Positions 1 to 8,603 of a stretch of 63,924 nt of DNA are shown here, piece after piece; the stretch's first letter is position 1; the number at the start of each line of letters is the position of its first letter. Below the pieces are notes generated by a model. The model worked only from the letters and a program-made list of their open reading frames with translations. It was not told the origin of the DNA and made no database searches. The translations under genes and the position numbers were made by a program. This stretch comes from a virus (lineage: Duplodnaviria > Caudoviricetes): the IMG/VR virus record IMGVR_UViG_3300044691_000230, positions 1 to 63,924 of that record, one strand, 5' to 3'.

Positions 1-441
1 GCTCTGGCCGCTCGGGACGCTCGGGACGCTCAGGACGCTCTGGACGCTCTGAACGCTCGGGCCGCTCGGGCCGCTCTGGACGCTCGGGACGCTCGGGACG
101 CTCGGGACGCTCTGTACGCTCGGGCCGCTCGGGCCGCTCTGGACGCTCGGGACGCTCGGGACGCTCTGGACGCTCTGGACGCTCTGGACGCTCTGGACGC
201 TCGGGACGCTCGGGCCGCTCGGGACGCTCGGGCCGCTCAGGACGCTCGGGCCGCTCAGGCCGCTCTGGACGCTCTGGCCGCTCGGGACGCTCGGGCCGCT
301 CGGGCCGCTCGGGACGCTCGGGACGCTCAGGACGCTCGGGACGCTCAGGACGCTCGGGACGCTCGGGCCGCTCGGGCCGCTCTGGACGCTCTGGACGCTC
401 GGGACGCTCGGGCCGCTCGGGACGCTCGGGACGCTCGGGCC
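1..441 (+). repeat. 9-bp coding tandem repeat GCT-C(G/T/A)G-G(A/C)C, 49 units, encoding A-[R/L/Q]-[D/A]
   Basis: Read directly; unbroken 9-nt phase from 1 to 441; rare AAC/TAC third codons. Confidence 0.97.
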
Positions 442-1197
442 GCATTTGATCGCGTCGGCAATGCCGAACACCGCTTCGCGTCGTGGTGTATCCAAGGCTG
501 GGGTTGGTGGTGGGGCGTTCGCGAGATGTCGTGGATTTCCACGACTTTCCTAGGCTCTCGCACTGAGGCCGTTCGGGCTTGGTCGGAGCCTTACTTCGAA
601 GCCTACTGCGCCGGGGCGTGGCTCCTTCATTTCACCGACGATACGCTCTACTGGGCGGCAAAGCCCATCGTTCACGTTGAACGTAATCCAGCCTTCGCCA
701 ACGGTCGACGCATGCACAACGACAAGTACGCCGCATTGGAATCGGACATCGAGAACCTCTATTTCTGGAAGGGCGTTCTTGTCCCAGCTTTCGTGGTCGT
801 TCGCCCGGACTGGATCACCGTCCAGCATATCGAGACGGAAGAAAACGCCGAGGTCCGCCGTGTGATGATTGAGCGCTACGGCGTGGATCGCTACGTTTCC
901 GACAGCGGCGCGCAAGTGGTTCACGCCGATCTGGACCAATATGACCGTCCGCGGCGATTGTTCGTGAAGGAAGTCACTGACGACGAACCCATCGTCATGG
1001 TGGAGGTGACGAACTCCTCTCCCGAACCAGACGGGCACTTCAAGACATACATGCTGCGGGTCGATCCGAACGCCTATGAAGGCCGCGCTTCTCGCGAGTG
1101 CCACGCCGCCATCGCGTCGACCTGGCGGCGAAAGGGGGACCTTTCGGAGTTCGTGTTCAAGATCCCGGAAAGCTACCGCCCATTGGTCGAGAGTTAA
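1..1197 (+). CDS. C-terminal part of a DUF6745-type protein (starts at 63438 across the origin)
   Basis: Frame 1 is open from base 1 through the repeat into ORF 526..1197; motifs LYFWKGVLVP, ENAEVRRVMIERYG, NSSPEPDG..KTYMLRV..CHAAIASTW. Confidence 0.75.
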   Translation, partial: ALAARDARDAQDALDALNARAARAALDARDARDARDALYARAARAALDARDARDALDALDALDALDARDARAARDARAAQDARAAQAALDALAARDARAARAARDARDAQDARDAQDARDARAARAALDALDARDARAARDARDARAAFDRVGNAEHRFASWCIQGWGWWWGVREMSWISTTFLGSRTEAVRAWSEPYFEAYCAGAWLLHFTDDTLYWAAKPIVHVERNPAFANGRRMHNDKYAALESDIENLYFWKGVLVPAFVVVRPDWITVQHIETEENAEVRRVMIERYGVDRYVSDSGAQVVHADLDQYDRPRRLFVKEVTDDEPIVMVEVTNSSPEPDGHFKTYMLRVDPNAYEGRASRECHAAIASTWRRKGDLSEFVFKIPESYRPLVES

Positions 1198-1200
1198 GCC

Positions 1201-1389
1201 ATGACGAACAAACCCAAGAAGCCTCGCGGGTTCGCGGCGATGTCGTTGGAAAAGCGCCGCGAGATCGCCGCTCGGGGCGGGGCTTCAGCGGCCCCGGAAA
1301 ACCGATCCTTCAGCCGCAACCGCGAACTGGCCACCGAGGCTGGACGCAAGGGCGGTTCGGCGCCGAAGAAGCCGCAAGGGGAAGGGTGA
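1201..1389 (+). CDS. KGG-repeat general stress protein (YciG/GsiB/Con-10-like)
   Basis: GFAAMSLEKRREIAARGG...FSRNRELATEAGRKGG. Confidence 0.85.
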   Translation: MTNKPKKPRGFAAMSLEKRREIAARGGASAAPENRSFSRNRELATEAGRKGGSAPKKPQGEG

Positions 1390-1574
1390 TGAGCCACGAT
1401 CCGCAGTCGCCGACCGATGCCGCTGATTTTGACGACGACCCGCCGGACCATCTCTGCGAGGGGTGTGGCGACGCCATGGATGCAGGGGACGTGAACGTTG
1501 AGGCGTTCGAGATGACATGCCGCATCCTGTGTCCTGACTGCGCGGATGAAGCGTTTGGAGAGTTCTTCCAGTGA
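1389..1574 (+). CDS. Small Zn-finger-like protein
   Basis: TGATG-coupled start; CEGC...CPDC. Confidence 0.65.
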   Translation: MSHDPQSPTDAADFDDDPPDHLCEGCGDAMDAGDVNVEAFEMTCRILCPDCADEAFGEFFQ

Positions 1575-1867
1575 CGGCCGCCGAATGGATCCGCGAGCGC
1601 CTGGACAACTGCCAGCGCATCGCCGCCACGAAGGCGGGCACGGAACGGGATGGCTGGTTGGAAGACGCAGACTACTTCGCCGCAACGCTGGAAGCCCTGG
1701 CGGTCCCAAAAGTCCCCGTCGCTTGGGGGCTGTGGAACCCCGCTACCCGCAAGCTTGATCATCGCTGCTATCAGCGCGAGGAAGCCGCGAAACTTGGGGC
1801 CGCCAACCAAACCAACCGCTGGCAGACGTGGGTCGCCGTCCCGCTGTTCCTGCAACCCCCATTCTAG
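1571..1867 (+). CDS. Hypothetical phage protein
   Basis: GTGA overlap with the upstream stop. Confidence 0.6.
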   Translation: MTAAEWIRERLDNCQRIAATKAGTERDGWLEDADYFAATLEALAVPKVPVAWGLWNPATRKLDHRCYQREEAAKLGAANQTNRWQTWVAVPLFLQPPF

Positions 1868-1869
1868 CC

Positions 1870-1923
1870 TTGCGCTTCCCGCTGCATAGTGTAGCTTTGT
1901 CCTAGCCACACCACAGGAGATCA
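1870..1923 (+). promoter_or_regulatory. Putative sigma70 promoter (TTGCGC..TAGCTT) plus shared leader GCCACACCACAGGAGATCA
   Basis: 19-nt leader identical to 48725-48743; contains the RBS. Confidence 0.55.
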
Positions 1924-1925
1924 CC

Positions 1926-2636
1926 ATGCCCGCGACAGCCGGCCACAACCTGCCCCCAACGCCCTCCGACATCTTCGACCCGCGCATTGCGGATCTGAAC
2001 GCCGAACTTGTGCACCTGACGGAAGGGGAGATCACCGCCCCCATCGCGGCGGCTCTGCGCGACATCCAGAAGCGCGCGCGGGACCTTGAGACCGAACTGA
2101 CAGCGGCCAAGGCGTCCGACAAGGCCCCGCATCTGGACGCCGCCGCGAGGATCGAAGCCGCCTACCGCCCGCTCACCGCCTCTGCGGTCGAGATCAAGGC
2201 CGAGGCCCGCAAGCACGTCGACCTGTTCCTGCTCGCCGAGGAGAAGCGCCGCAAGGACGAAGCCGCCGAAGCCAAGAGGATCGCGGATGAGGCCAAGCGG
2301 ATCGCCGACGAAGCGGTGCAGGACGACGATCCCTTTGGAAACGCCGATGACGCCGTGCACGACGCAAGGCTGGCCACCATCGCCGCCGATCATGCCGAGC
2401 GCAAGGCGGATGCGGGCGCCAGCATCGGGAGCGCCTCGGGGATCACCAAGGCCGCGTCGCTGCGGTCGTACTGGTCGGTGAAAGTGATCGATCCTGCCGC
2501 GATGGTGAACCACTTCGCGGGCGATCCTGGCGTCATCGAAGCCGCCACGAAGGCGGCGAACGCCCTGGTCCGGGCGACCAAGGGCAGCATGAAAATCCCC
2601 GGCTGCGAGACCATCGAAGACCGCCGCAGCGTCTAG
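1926..2636 (+). CDS. Coiled-coil recombination-associated protein (Gp157/Gam-like position)
   Basis: Strong RBS; helical; C-terminal KIPGCETIE; directly upstream of ERF. Confidence 0.55.
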   Translation: MPATAGHNLPPTPSDIFDPRIADLNAELVHLTEGEITAPIAAALRDIQKRARDLETELTAAKASDKAPHLDAAARIEAAYRPLTASAVEIKAEARKHVDLFLLAEEKRRKDEAAEAKRIADEAKRIADEAVQDDDPFGNADDAVHDARLATIAADHAERKADAGASIGSASGITKAASLRSYWSVKVIDPAAMVNHFAGDPGVIEAATKAANALVRATKGSMKIPGCETIEDRRSV

Positions 2637-2666
2637 GCGCAACCCCAACTCCGCAGGAACATCCAA

Positions 2667-3464
2667 ATGACCGAATCGCCCATCCGCACGTCGGCCGAGA
2701 CCGACAAAATCGATGCCGCCATGGCGTCGGCCCAGGCCGAACTTGAGAACCCGATCAAGGGTCAGACCGCCAACCTGGAAGGCAAATCCAAGGCCACGGG
2801 CCGCGAGTACAAGATCGGTTACACCTACACCGACATCGCCGGCATTCTCGCCGACTGTCGCCCCATCCTCGCCAAGCACGGCGTCGCCACCTATCAGATC
2901 CCGGTGATTGCACCGGGCTCGGTAATGATCATCGTCACGCGGCTGGCGTGTTCTGGCCAGTGGATCGAAGGGGACTACCCTGTCTGCCACATCGGCGGCG
3001 ATCACCAGGAAATGGGCGCGGCGATGACCTACGCCCGCCGCTATGCGCTGGGCGCGATGATCGGGATCGCACCGGAGAAGGACACCGATTATGGCGTGGG
3101 CGCCGCCGCGCCGAAGGGACCATCCAATCGCGAGCCGCTGGCGGCGCATAACCGTGCGGAGGATCGCGCCCAACGCGAGCCGCTGCGCCAAGACACCCGT
3201 GGGGGCGAGCGCGAGCCGCCCAAATCCAGCGCCCAGGCCAAGAAAGACGGCGATTGGGAGCGCTACACCGACGAGATGAAGGCGATGCGCACCCTCGCCG
3301 AGCTCACTGCGTGGGCAAAGGCCAACGCCAAGGGAATCAAGGCGCTTCCGAAAAAGTGGTTCGACGAACTGCAGGCCCTCTATGAGGACCGCAAGAACGA
3401 ACTCGGCGCCTTGGAAGACGGCAACGGTCAGATGGACCGCGAATACGCCGATAGCGTCCGATGA
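2667..3464 (+). CDS. erf: ERF-family ssDNA-annealing recombinase
   Basis: ERF signature GAAMTYARRYALGAMIGIA..DTD. Confidence 0.9.
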   Translation: MTESPIRTSAETDKIDAAMASAQAELENPIKGQTANLEGKSKATGREYKIGYTYTDIAGILADCRPILAKHGVATYQIPVIAPGSVMIIVTRLACSGQWIEGDYPVCHIGGDHQEMGAAMTYARRYALGAMIGIAPEKDTDYGVGAAAPKGPSNREPLAAHNRAEDRAQREPLRQDTRGGEREPPKSSAQAKKDGDWERYTDEMKAMRTLAELTAWAKANAKGIKALPKKWFDELQALYEDRKNELGALEDGNGQMDREYADSVR

Positions 3465-4810
3465 GCGAAAATCAGCCAATCCTTGTCCACCGTCGCGGCG
3501 ATACCCTGATCCCGCACGGCCCGATGGACGCCGAAGCGATCCGCGCCTTTGACGCCGGCCAACCGCTGCGCATCGAGATCAAGCAGCCGCGCAACGTCAA
3601 TCAGATGCGGCTGTACTTCGCGATGCTGGCGCTGATCCGCGACAACCTGCCCGAACCGGCGCCCTCGGTGGAAACCCTGCATGCCGCCACCAAGGTCATG
3701 ACCGGCTATACGCTGACCGTGCATACCGCGCGCGGTGACGTGGTGGTTCCGGGCTCTATCGCCTTCAACGCCATGTCGCAGTCGGAGTGGCGCACATTCC
3801 TCGACGACTTCATGAAGCTGGTCCGCACCCGCATCATTCCAGGCATGAGCAACCCGGCGTTCGAGAAGGCCGCACGGGAGATGATGGGCGAGCCGATCGA
3901 AGAGCACCACGTCACCAAACGCAAGACGGCGAAGAGCGACAACCCGTTCGAGGACGATGAGGGGGCTGAGACGGGCGATGATCCGTTCGCGGGCTCCGAG
4001 GAGCCGGAAACCGTCGAAGCCGCTCCTGAGCCACTGGACAGCCCGCACGACGGGGGTTTGGCCGATATCGTCGATACCGAGACCGGCGAAGTTGTCGAAG
4101 CTGATCCCAACGTTCTGGGCGTCATCGACCGCATGGGCGAACAGCGTGGACGGGCTGGGGCCGAACGCGAACCCCCGCCAGGTCTCTCCGAGGTCGAAGC
4201 GTCGGCGTGGTTCGCGGCTTTCGACAAGGGCGCACGGGAACGCAAGGCGCGCCCTACGTCGACGGAGCCTGCCCCGAGTGCGGGTCAAAAACGGGCTTCG
4301 TCGGCCTCTGCCACGCCTGCGTCTACGCCTTCAGCGGAGGCGACATCTTCCCCGACTTCGCCCGTCGAGCCGTCGGGAAGTGGCGAGGTTGAAGAGCCCA
4401 TTGCCGACGACATAGAGACGATCGTGGGCACGGCGCATCTCTCTGACGCGTTGGAGAATGCGATTGGCGAGGTTGCCGAGAGCGGGTCGTTCCTGGCCAT
4501 GAAGCAGATCGGCAAGACCCTCTCGCTCACCGATGCATGGAAAACCTGCGAGCCGGAAGGCAAGCGCATGGTCTTCGCGGCGATGTGGGAGCGCTACGAG
4601 GAACTGGTCACGGATGGCAAGGAGGACGGCAATGTCACCGTCGACCTGACCCTGATGCGTATATGGCTGGAGCACGGCGCCAACACCCCCGTTGAGATCG
4701 ATGCGCGGTGGAAAGTGTTCTGGCGCAGTTCGGTGTTCAAGGACGCCAACGCCGACGCCAAGCAACTGATCACCGAGATCATGACCACGCGAAAGAAGGA
4801 GTTGGCCTGA
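3461..4810 (+). CDS. DUF1367-like (NinB-like) protein with long C-terminal extension
   Basis: QPRN..MRLYFAML, GSIAFNAMSQSEW; acidic/Pro-Ser linker. Confidence 0.65.
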   Translation: MSENQPILVHRRGDTLIPHGPMDAEAIRAFDAGQPLRIEIKQPRNVNQMRLYFAMLALIRDNLPEPAPSVETLHAATKVMTGYTLTVHTARGDVVVPGSIAFNAMSQSEWRTFLDDFMKLVRTRIIPGMSNPAFEKAAREMMGEPIEEHHVTKRKTAKSDNPFEDDEGAETGDDPFAGSEEPETVEAAPEPLDSPHDGGLADIVDTETGEVVEADPNVLGVIDRMGEQRGRAGAEREPPPGLSEVEASAWFAAFDKGARERKARPTSTEPAPSAGQKRASSASATPASTPSAEATSSPTSPVEPSGSGEVEEPIADDIETIVGTAHLSDALENAIGEVAESGSFLAMKQIGKTLSLTDAWKTCEPEGKRMVFAAMWERYEELVTDGKEDGNVTVDLTLMRIWLEHGANTPVEIDARWKVFWRSSVFKDANADAKQLITEIMTTRKKELA

Positions 4811-5055
4811 TGGACATCCTCACCACCGTCAAAGGCGTGATCACCCGCCTGTGGTACCGCGGTGATCCGGCCCGGATCACCTTGCAGGCCCGGCTGATCG
4901 AAGATCTTCACGCTGACAGCCTCTCCAAGGTGGAGATGGTTTTGGATCTGGAGGAGGCCTTGGGCATCGCGATCACCGATGCGGAGACTGAGCGTCTGGA
5001 GACCATCGGCGATGTGGTCTCGCTCTGCACCCGCCGCGCCAAGGTGCGGGCATGA
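4810..5055 (+). CDS. acpP: Phage-encoded acyl carrier protein
   Basis: EDLHADSLSKVEMVLDLEEALGIAITDAETERLETIGDVV; DSL phosphopantetheine Ser; TGATG-coupled start. Confidence 0.85.
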   Translation: MDILTTVKGVITRLWYRGDPARITLQARLIEDLHADSLSKVEMVLDLEEALGIAITDAETERLETIGDVVSLCTRRAKVRA

Positions 5056-5276
5056 GCGATATCGCCGACCATGACCTGATCGACACTCTGCGCACGATCT
5101 CCCGCCAGGTCGCCCGCATCGGCTTTGGCATCTACCTCGATGAGACCCCGATGCGGCAACATCTGATGCGCTCCGGCCTGATCGAAAACCGCCAGCCACG
5201 GGGAAGACGGGCCAACTACACCCTCACCGACAAGGCCAAGCGGCTGCTGGAGGCGTACAATGCGGACGCACGGTAA
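5052..5276 (+). CDS. Hypothetical protein, possibly winged-helix
   Basis: LMRSGLIE...YTLTDKAKRLL. Confidence 0.55.
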   Translation: MSDIADHDLIDTLRTISRQVARIGFGIYLDETPMRQHLMRSGLIENRQPRGRRANYTLTDKAKRLLEAYNADAR

Positions 5277-5508
5277 GACCCGCGACTGCGCCGGCTGTCG
5301 GTACTGGAGCGAGATGATCGCCAAGTCCGAGGGTGGAGGACCTGTCACGGCCCTGTGCCTCGCTCCGCAGGGGCCGATCCGGGGCCACTACACGGTGCAC
5401 TATCAGACCTGCAAGGGCTGGCGCAGCGGCCATCATGGGGCGGTGGACAATCCGCCGGACTGGGGTGCGGAAACCCGCGCGCTGTATGAAGCGGAGGATG
5501 CGGCATGA
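5260..5508 (+). CDS. Small Cys-rich protein
   Basis: CAGCRYW...C...CKGW. Confidence 0.6.
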   Translation: MRTHGKTRDCAGCRYWSEMIAKSEGGGPVTALCLAPQGPIRGHYTVHYQTCKGWRSGHHGAVDNPPDWGAETRALYEAEDAA

Positions 5509-5690
5509 TCGACCGCCAAGGTGGTTTCGTGGTCTTCGAATGCGATGGCTGCGACGACGTTCTCAACACCCAAGAGAGCGAGTTCAACGTGGCCTTTCAG
5601 GAATTCCGCGCCGAGCGCTGGATTGCCAAGAAGGTTGGCGAGGACTGGCTGCATCTGTGTCCAGACTGCGCACGGGATGAACGCCGATGA
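5505..5690 (+). CDS. Zn-ribbon protein
   Basis: CDGC...HLCPDC. Confidence 0.65.
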   Translation: MIDRQGGFVVFECDGCDDVLNTQESEFNVAFQEFRAERWIAKKVGEDWLHLCPDCARDERR

Positions 5691-5881
5691 CCAGCCTTCA
5701 GGAAGCCATCCAGTCCGCCCGCGCCGAAGGCTTCGCGATGGGCCATTCCGAGGGTGAGCGCTGCGCCCGCGAGGAAGCCCTGAGGCAAGCGGCCTCCGCA
5801 GTCCTTGCCGAGTTGCGGCCGATCCTGCGCAAGCTGGAGGACTTGGCCTATGGGACGACCGAAGCCGCCAACGGCGCATAG
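5687..5881 (+). CDS. Hypothetical protein
   Basis: ATGA overlap; last gene of the + operon. Confidence 0.55.
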   Translation: MTSLQEAIQSARAEGFAMGHSEGERCAREEALRQAASAVLAELRPILRKLEDLAYGTTEAANGA

Positions 5882-5885
5882 AAGA

Positions 5886-5913
5886 GGGCCGCTCCAGTTT
5901 CCCGGAGCGGCCC
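5886..5913. terminator. Hairpin between convergent operons
   Basis: GGGCCGCTCC-N8-GGAGCGGCCC perfect 10-bp stem. Confidence 0.6.
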
Positions 5914-5943
5914 ATGGACGCTTTGATAGCTGAGCGCGTCCTT

Positions 5944-6831
5944 CTAACCGATAGACCAGCTCACCGTCGCCGAACCCGTCGCACCCGTCGAATCGGTCGC
6001 CGTCACGATGGATGTGGTTCCACCCCCCGTGGTCGGGGTCCCGCTTACCGTTCCATCCTCCGCGACACTGACCCCATCGGGCGTCACGTCGATGGCGAAG
6101 GTGAACGGCGCCGAACCGCCAGAGGCTGAGAAAGCGCCAGTGATGGGGGTTCCTGACGTTCCGCTGACCGCTGTCGGTTCCACCGTGATCGGAACCGGCG
6201 CCGGGATCGGGTCGACCACCACCGTGTAGTCCGCCGAGACCAGCACGTTGTTGGCGTCGTGGGCCTGGATGGAGACGCTGGAGGTTCCCGCTGCCGTCGG
6301 CGTGCCGCTGATCAGACCACCCGGGGCCATGGAAAGCCCATCGGGCAGAGACCCCGAAGCGATGGAGAAGGCGTAGGGCGAGACCCCGCCAGAGGCCGTG
6401 ATCGTGGCCGAGTAGGGCTGACCCACTTCCGCATCCGCCAGCGTGGTCGGCGACAGACCCAGCACAGGAGGCGGAGGAGGCGGGGGGTTGAGCGTGCCGG
6501 CGGCGGCATCGTCCGCGGCGTTGCGATCCTCGAGCGCCTGGACGCGGGTCGTCAGCGCCGTGAGGTCGACCGGGACTGGCGGGGCGTCCTGCAGCGCCTT
6601 GATCGAGGCTTCGTCCGCATCCAGACGGGAGAGGATCGCCGACAGGTCGACGGGGGCGGCGCTCTCAAGCGTGGCGACGCGAGCGGCAACGCCTTCGATC
6701 TCGGTTTCTTCCGTGCCCAGCGTCGCCTTCAGGTCAGCGAGCATCTGGGCGAACTTGCCGTCGTCGTCTCCGACCTTGGTCACGAACTGTTCAAAGATCA
6801 GCACGAGGGTTTGGACTGCAGAACCAGCCAT
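5944..6831 (-). CDS. Coiled-coil plus putative Ig (He_PIG-like) domain protein
   Basis: ASGGVSPYAFSIASGSLPDGLSMAPGGLISGTPT and a second copy; poly-Pro hinge. Confidence 0.75.
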   Translation of the reverse strand: MAGSAVQTLVLIFEQFVTKVGDDDGKFAQMLADLKATLGTEETEIEGVAARVATLESAAPVDLSAILSRLDADEASIKALQDAPPVPVDLTALTTRVQALEDRNAADDAAAGTLNPPPPPPPVLGLSPTTLADAEVGQPYSATITASGGVSPYAFSIASGSLPDGLSMAPGGLISGTPTAAGTSSVSIQAHDANNVLVSADYTVVVDPIPAPVPITVEPTAVSGTSGTPITGAFSASGGSAPFTFAIDVTPDGVSVAEDGTVSGTPTTGGGTTSIVTATDSTGATGSATVSWSIG

Positions 6832-6907
6832 GGATTATCTCCCTAAGGGTGTGGCGATTGATCGCAACTGTGAAGATGCGCTGATTTCATGGCGCATCCA
6901 AGACGGC

Positions 6908-7078
6908 TCAGGCCCCTGCGGGCTTCAAAGCGTCGGCCGCCGCGCGGGCCTGGGCGTGGATGGCGTCCAGCTTGACCTGATCGTTGGCCTGGAACGCCTC
7001 GACGGCCTGTGTGCCCAGTCCGATCAGTTGCGGGGCGATCGCTTCGATGAGTTGGAGGATGGCCAGAACGCTTCCCAT
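6908..7078 (-). CDS. Small protein in the lysis cassette
   Basis: RBS AGGAG; 56 aa, amphipathic. Confidence 0.6.
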   Translation of the reverse strand: MGSVLAILQLIEAIAPQLIGLGTQAVEAFQANDQVKLDAIHAQARAAADALKPAGA

Positions 7079-7089
7079 GGGTGGTCTCC

Positions 7090-7410
7090 TTAAGGGGCTG
7101 TCGCCGCCTTGGCTGAGGTTTGATCCGCCTGTAATGCGGTGAGGATCACGGTCCCACCGGCGGCATAGGCCTGGCGTTCGATCATGAGATCGTTCCACGC
7201 CTTCAGCTTGATCGCCTCGTCATGGGCTTTCTGAGCCGGCGTCGTGGTGGCGAGGGATTCGTGACCGTTCAGGATCGTGGCGATGGCGGCATAGAGGAGG
7301 CTGGCCTCGGTATCCGCCTTCTCGTTGATCTGCGCGGCGCTGCTCAGTTGCGATGTCTCGCAACCGGCAAGCATGGCTGTGCAGGCGAGCATCGTCAGCA
7401 GGCGTCTCAT
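7090..7410 (-). CDS. Lipoprotein, possibly spanin component
   Basis: MRRLLTMLACTAMLAG-C lipobox; directly after the endolysin. Confidence 0.65.
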   Translation of the reverse strand: MRRLLTMLACTAMLAGCETSQLSSAAQINEKADTEASLLYAAIATILNGHESLATTTPAQKAHDEAIKLKAWNDLMIERQAYAAGGTVILTALQADQTSAKAATAP

Positions 7411-8537
7411 GGTGTCTTCCCTATGGTGAGTTTCTGGAGTTGCGCCTCGACGATGTTGGCAAGGTGCTCTTGGCCGGCCGGGGTGGTCAGGCCCGCTTTG
7501 GTGACCGCATCGGGAACCGCTGTCTTGGCGTAGTTCAGGGCTGTCGCGACGATGGCGGACTTGGGCATCACGGTCCCATGCGCGTCGGCGTATTCGTTGG
7601 CTTTCGACAGAGCCAGAGCCGCGCCATTCTCCGTCGCGGTCAGGACCTGGGTAGCGATGGCGCTGTCCTTCTTGATCCCCAGCCACTGCAGGACGCGGTA
7701 GGCCAGCCAGGGGACAATCACGGTGATGATGGTCCCGTCGACGATCTGGAACGCCAGGTCGATGAGGGGTTTCAGGTCGATGGCGGCCACTTGATGGGTT
7801 CCTATGACGACGGCTCCAGCGGCCACGACCGTTCCAGCCACCCCGGCGCCGATGGCGACCACGGGGGTCTTGGCAGGTGGAGCGGGGAGGATCACGGGCG
7901 GGATCACGACTGACGAAGTTGGCAACGGAAGCGCATGGTTGACGGAAGCGGGAGCCAGGGGCACAGGGCCGGGATCAACCGCAGGCGCGATAGGTGGCGA
8001 TGGCTCAAGAACCACCGTCCCGGCCCGCGTCATGGCATGCGCCTGTCCCGCCGTGCTGTAGAGCCGGTGCATCCATGCCGCGCCGTACTGAGGCCAGAGC
8101 CCTGCCTTGTGATAGAGGGCGGCGCGCATCGCCACCACCCGGTCAATCATCAGTTCGGGGTTGCAGTGCGCCAGAGCATCCAGGGTCAGCGGCCCGACCA
8201 GACCGTCAACCATCGTCCCCAAGGCGCTCTGCATGGTCCTGATGGCTCGTCCCGGCCCCTGGTTGACCGCTTCGTCGAAGATCATCAGGTCAAGGCCGGC
8301 GGGGATCATGTCGCCGCGGACAACTGCCCAATAGTCCTCACGGTAAATCTGGGTGACAGTCTCAAGGGTCAGCGCCTTGACGTCCGATGCGCCGGCGGGA
8401 TGGCCCAGCCAAGCCGAGAGCGTGCGCTGCGTAATCCCCATCTGGGTCGCGCCGACGCCTGCCCCATCGTTGGGATTAAAACCACCTTCACTGCGCAGAA
8501 CCACCGCTAAGCAAGCCGCGAAATTGGCGCTCGACAT
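7407..8537 (-). CDS. GH108 endolysin with PG-binding region fused to a C-terminal membrane/holin-like domain
   Basis: EGGF..D..GATQMGIT, FDEAVNQG, VDGLVGPLT; Pro linker; TM segments. Confidence 0.85.
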   Translation of the reverse strand: MSSANFAACLAVVLRSEGGFNPNDGAGVGATQMGITQRTLSAWLGHPAGASDVKALTLETVTQIYREDYWAVVRGDMIPAGLDLMIFDEAVNQGPGRAIRTMQSALGTMVDGLVGPLTLDALAHCNPELMIDRVVAMRAALYHKAGLWPQYGAAWMHRLYSTAGQAHAMTRAGTVVLEPSPPIAPAVDPGPVPLAPASVNHALPLPTSSVVIPPVILPAPPAKTPVVAIGAGVAGTVVAAGAVVIGTHQVAAIDLKPLIDLAFQIVDGTIITVIVPWLAYRVLQWLGIKKDSAIATQVLTATENGAALALSKANEYADAHGTVMPKSAIVATALNYAKTAVPDAVTKAGLTTPAGQEHLANIVEAQLQKLTIGKTP

Positions 8538-8603
8538 GTGGGAAGGTTCCTTGTGGCAAGGTCGTGCTTACGCTGCGTCGCCCGTGCGGACAAGGATGCC
8601 GGC

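Noticed and set aside
1-441. CRISPR array
   Set aside because: Contiguous 9-bp units with no spacers, in frame within a gene, and no cas genes
345-563. ORF with RAS/RAA repeats
   Set aside because: Antisense shadow of the + strand repeat gene
1-1197. Diversity-generating retroelement
   Set aside because: No reverse transcriptase or TR/VR pair seen; variation is not adenine-specific
1902-3479. 525-aa - strand ORF (also 22989..24323, 34234..35457, 60936..62111)
   Set aside because: GC-rich shadow frames opposite genes with recognisable motifs
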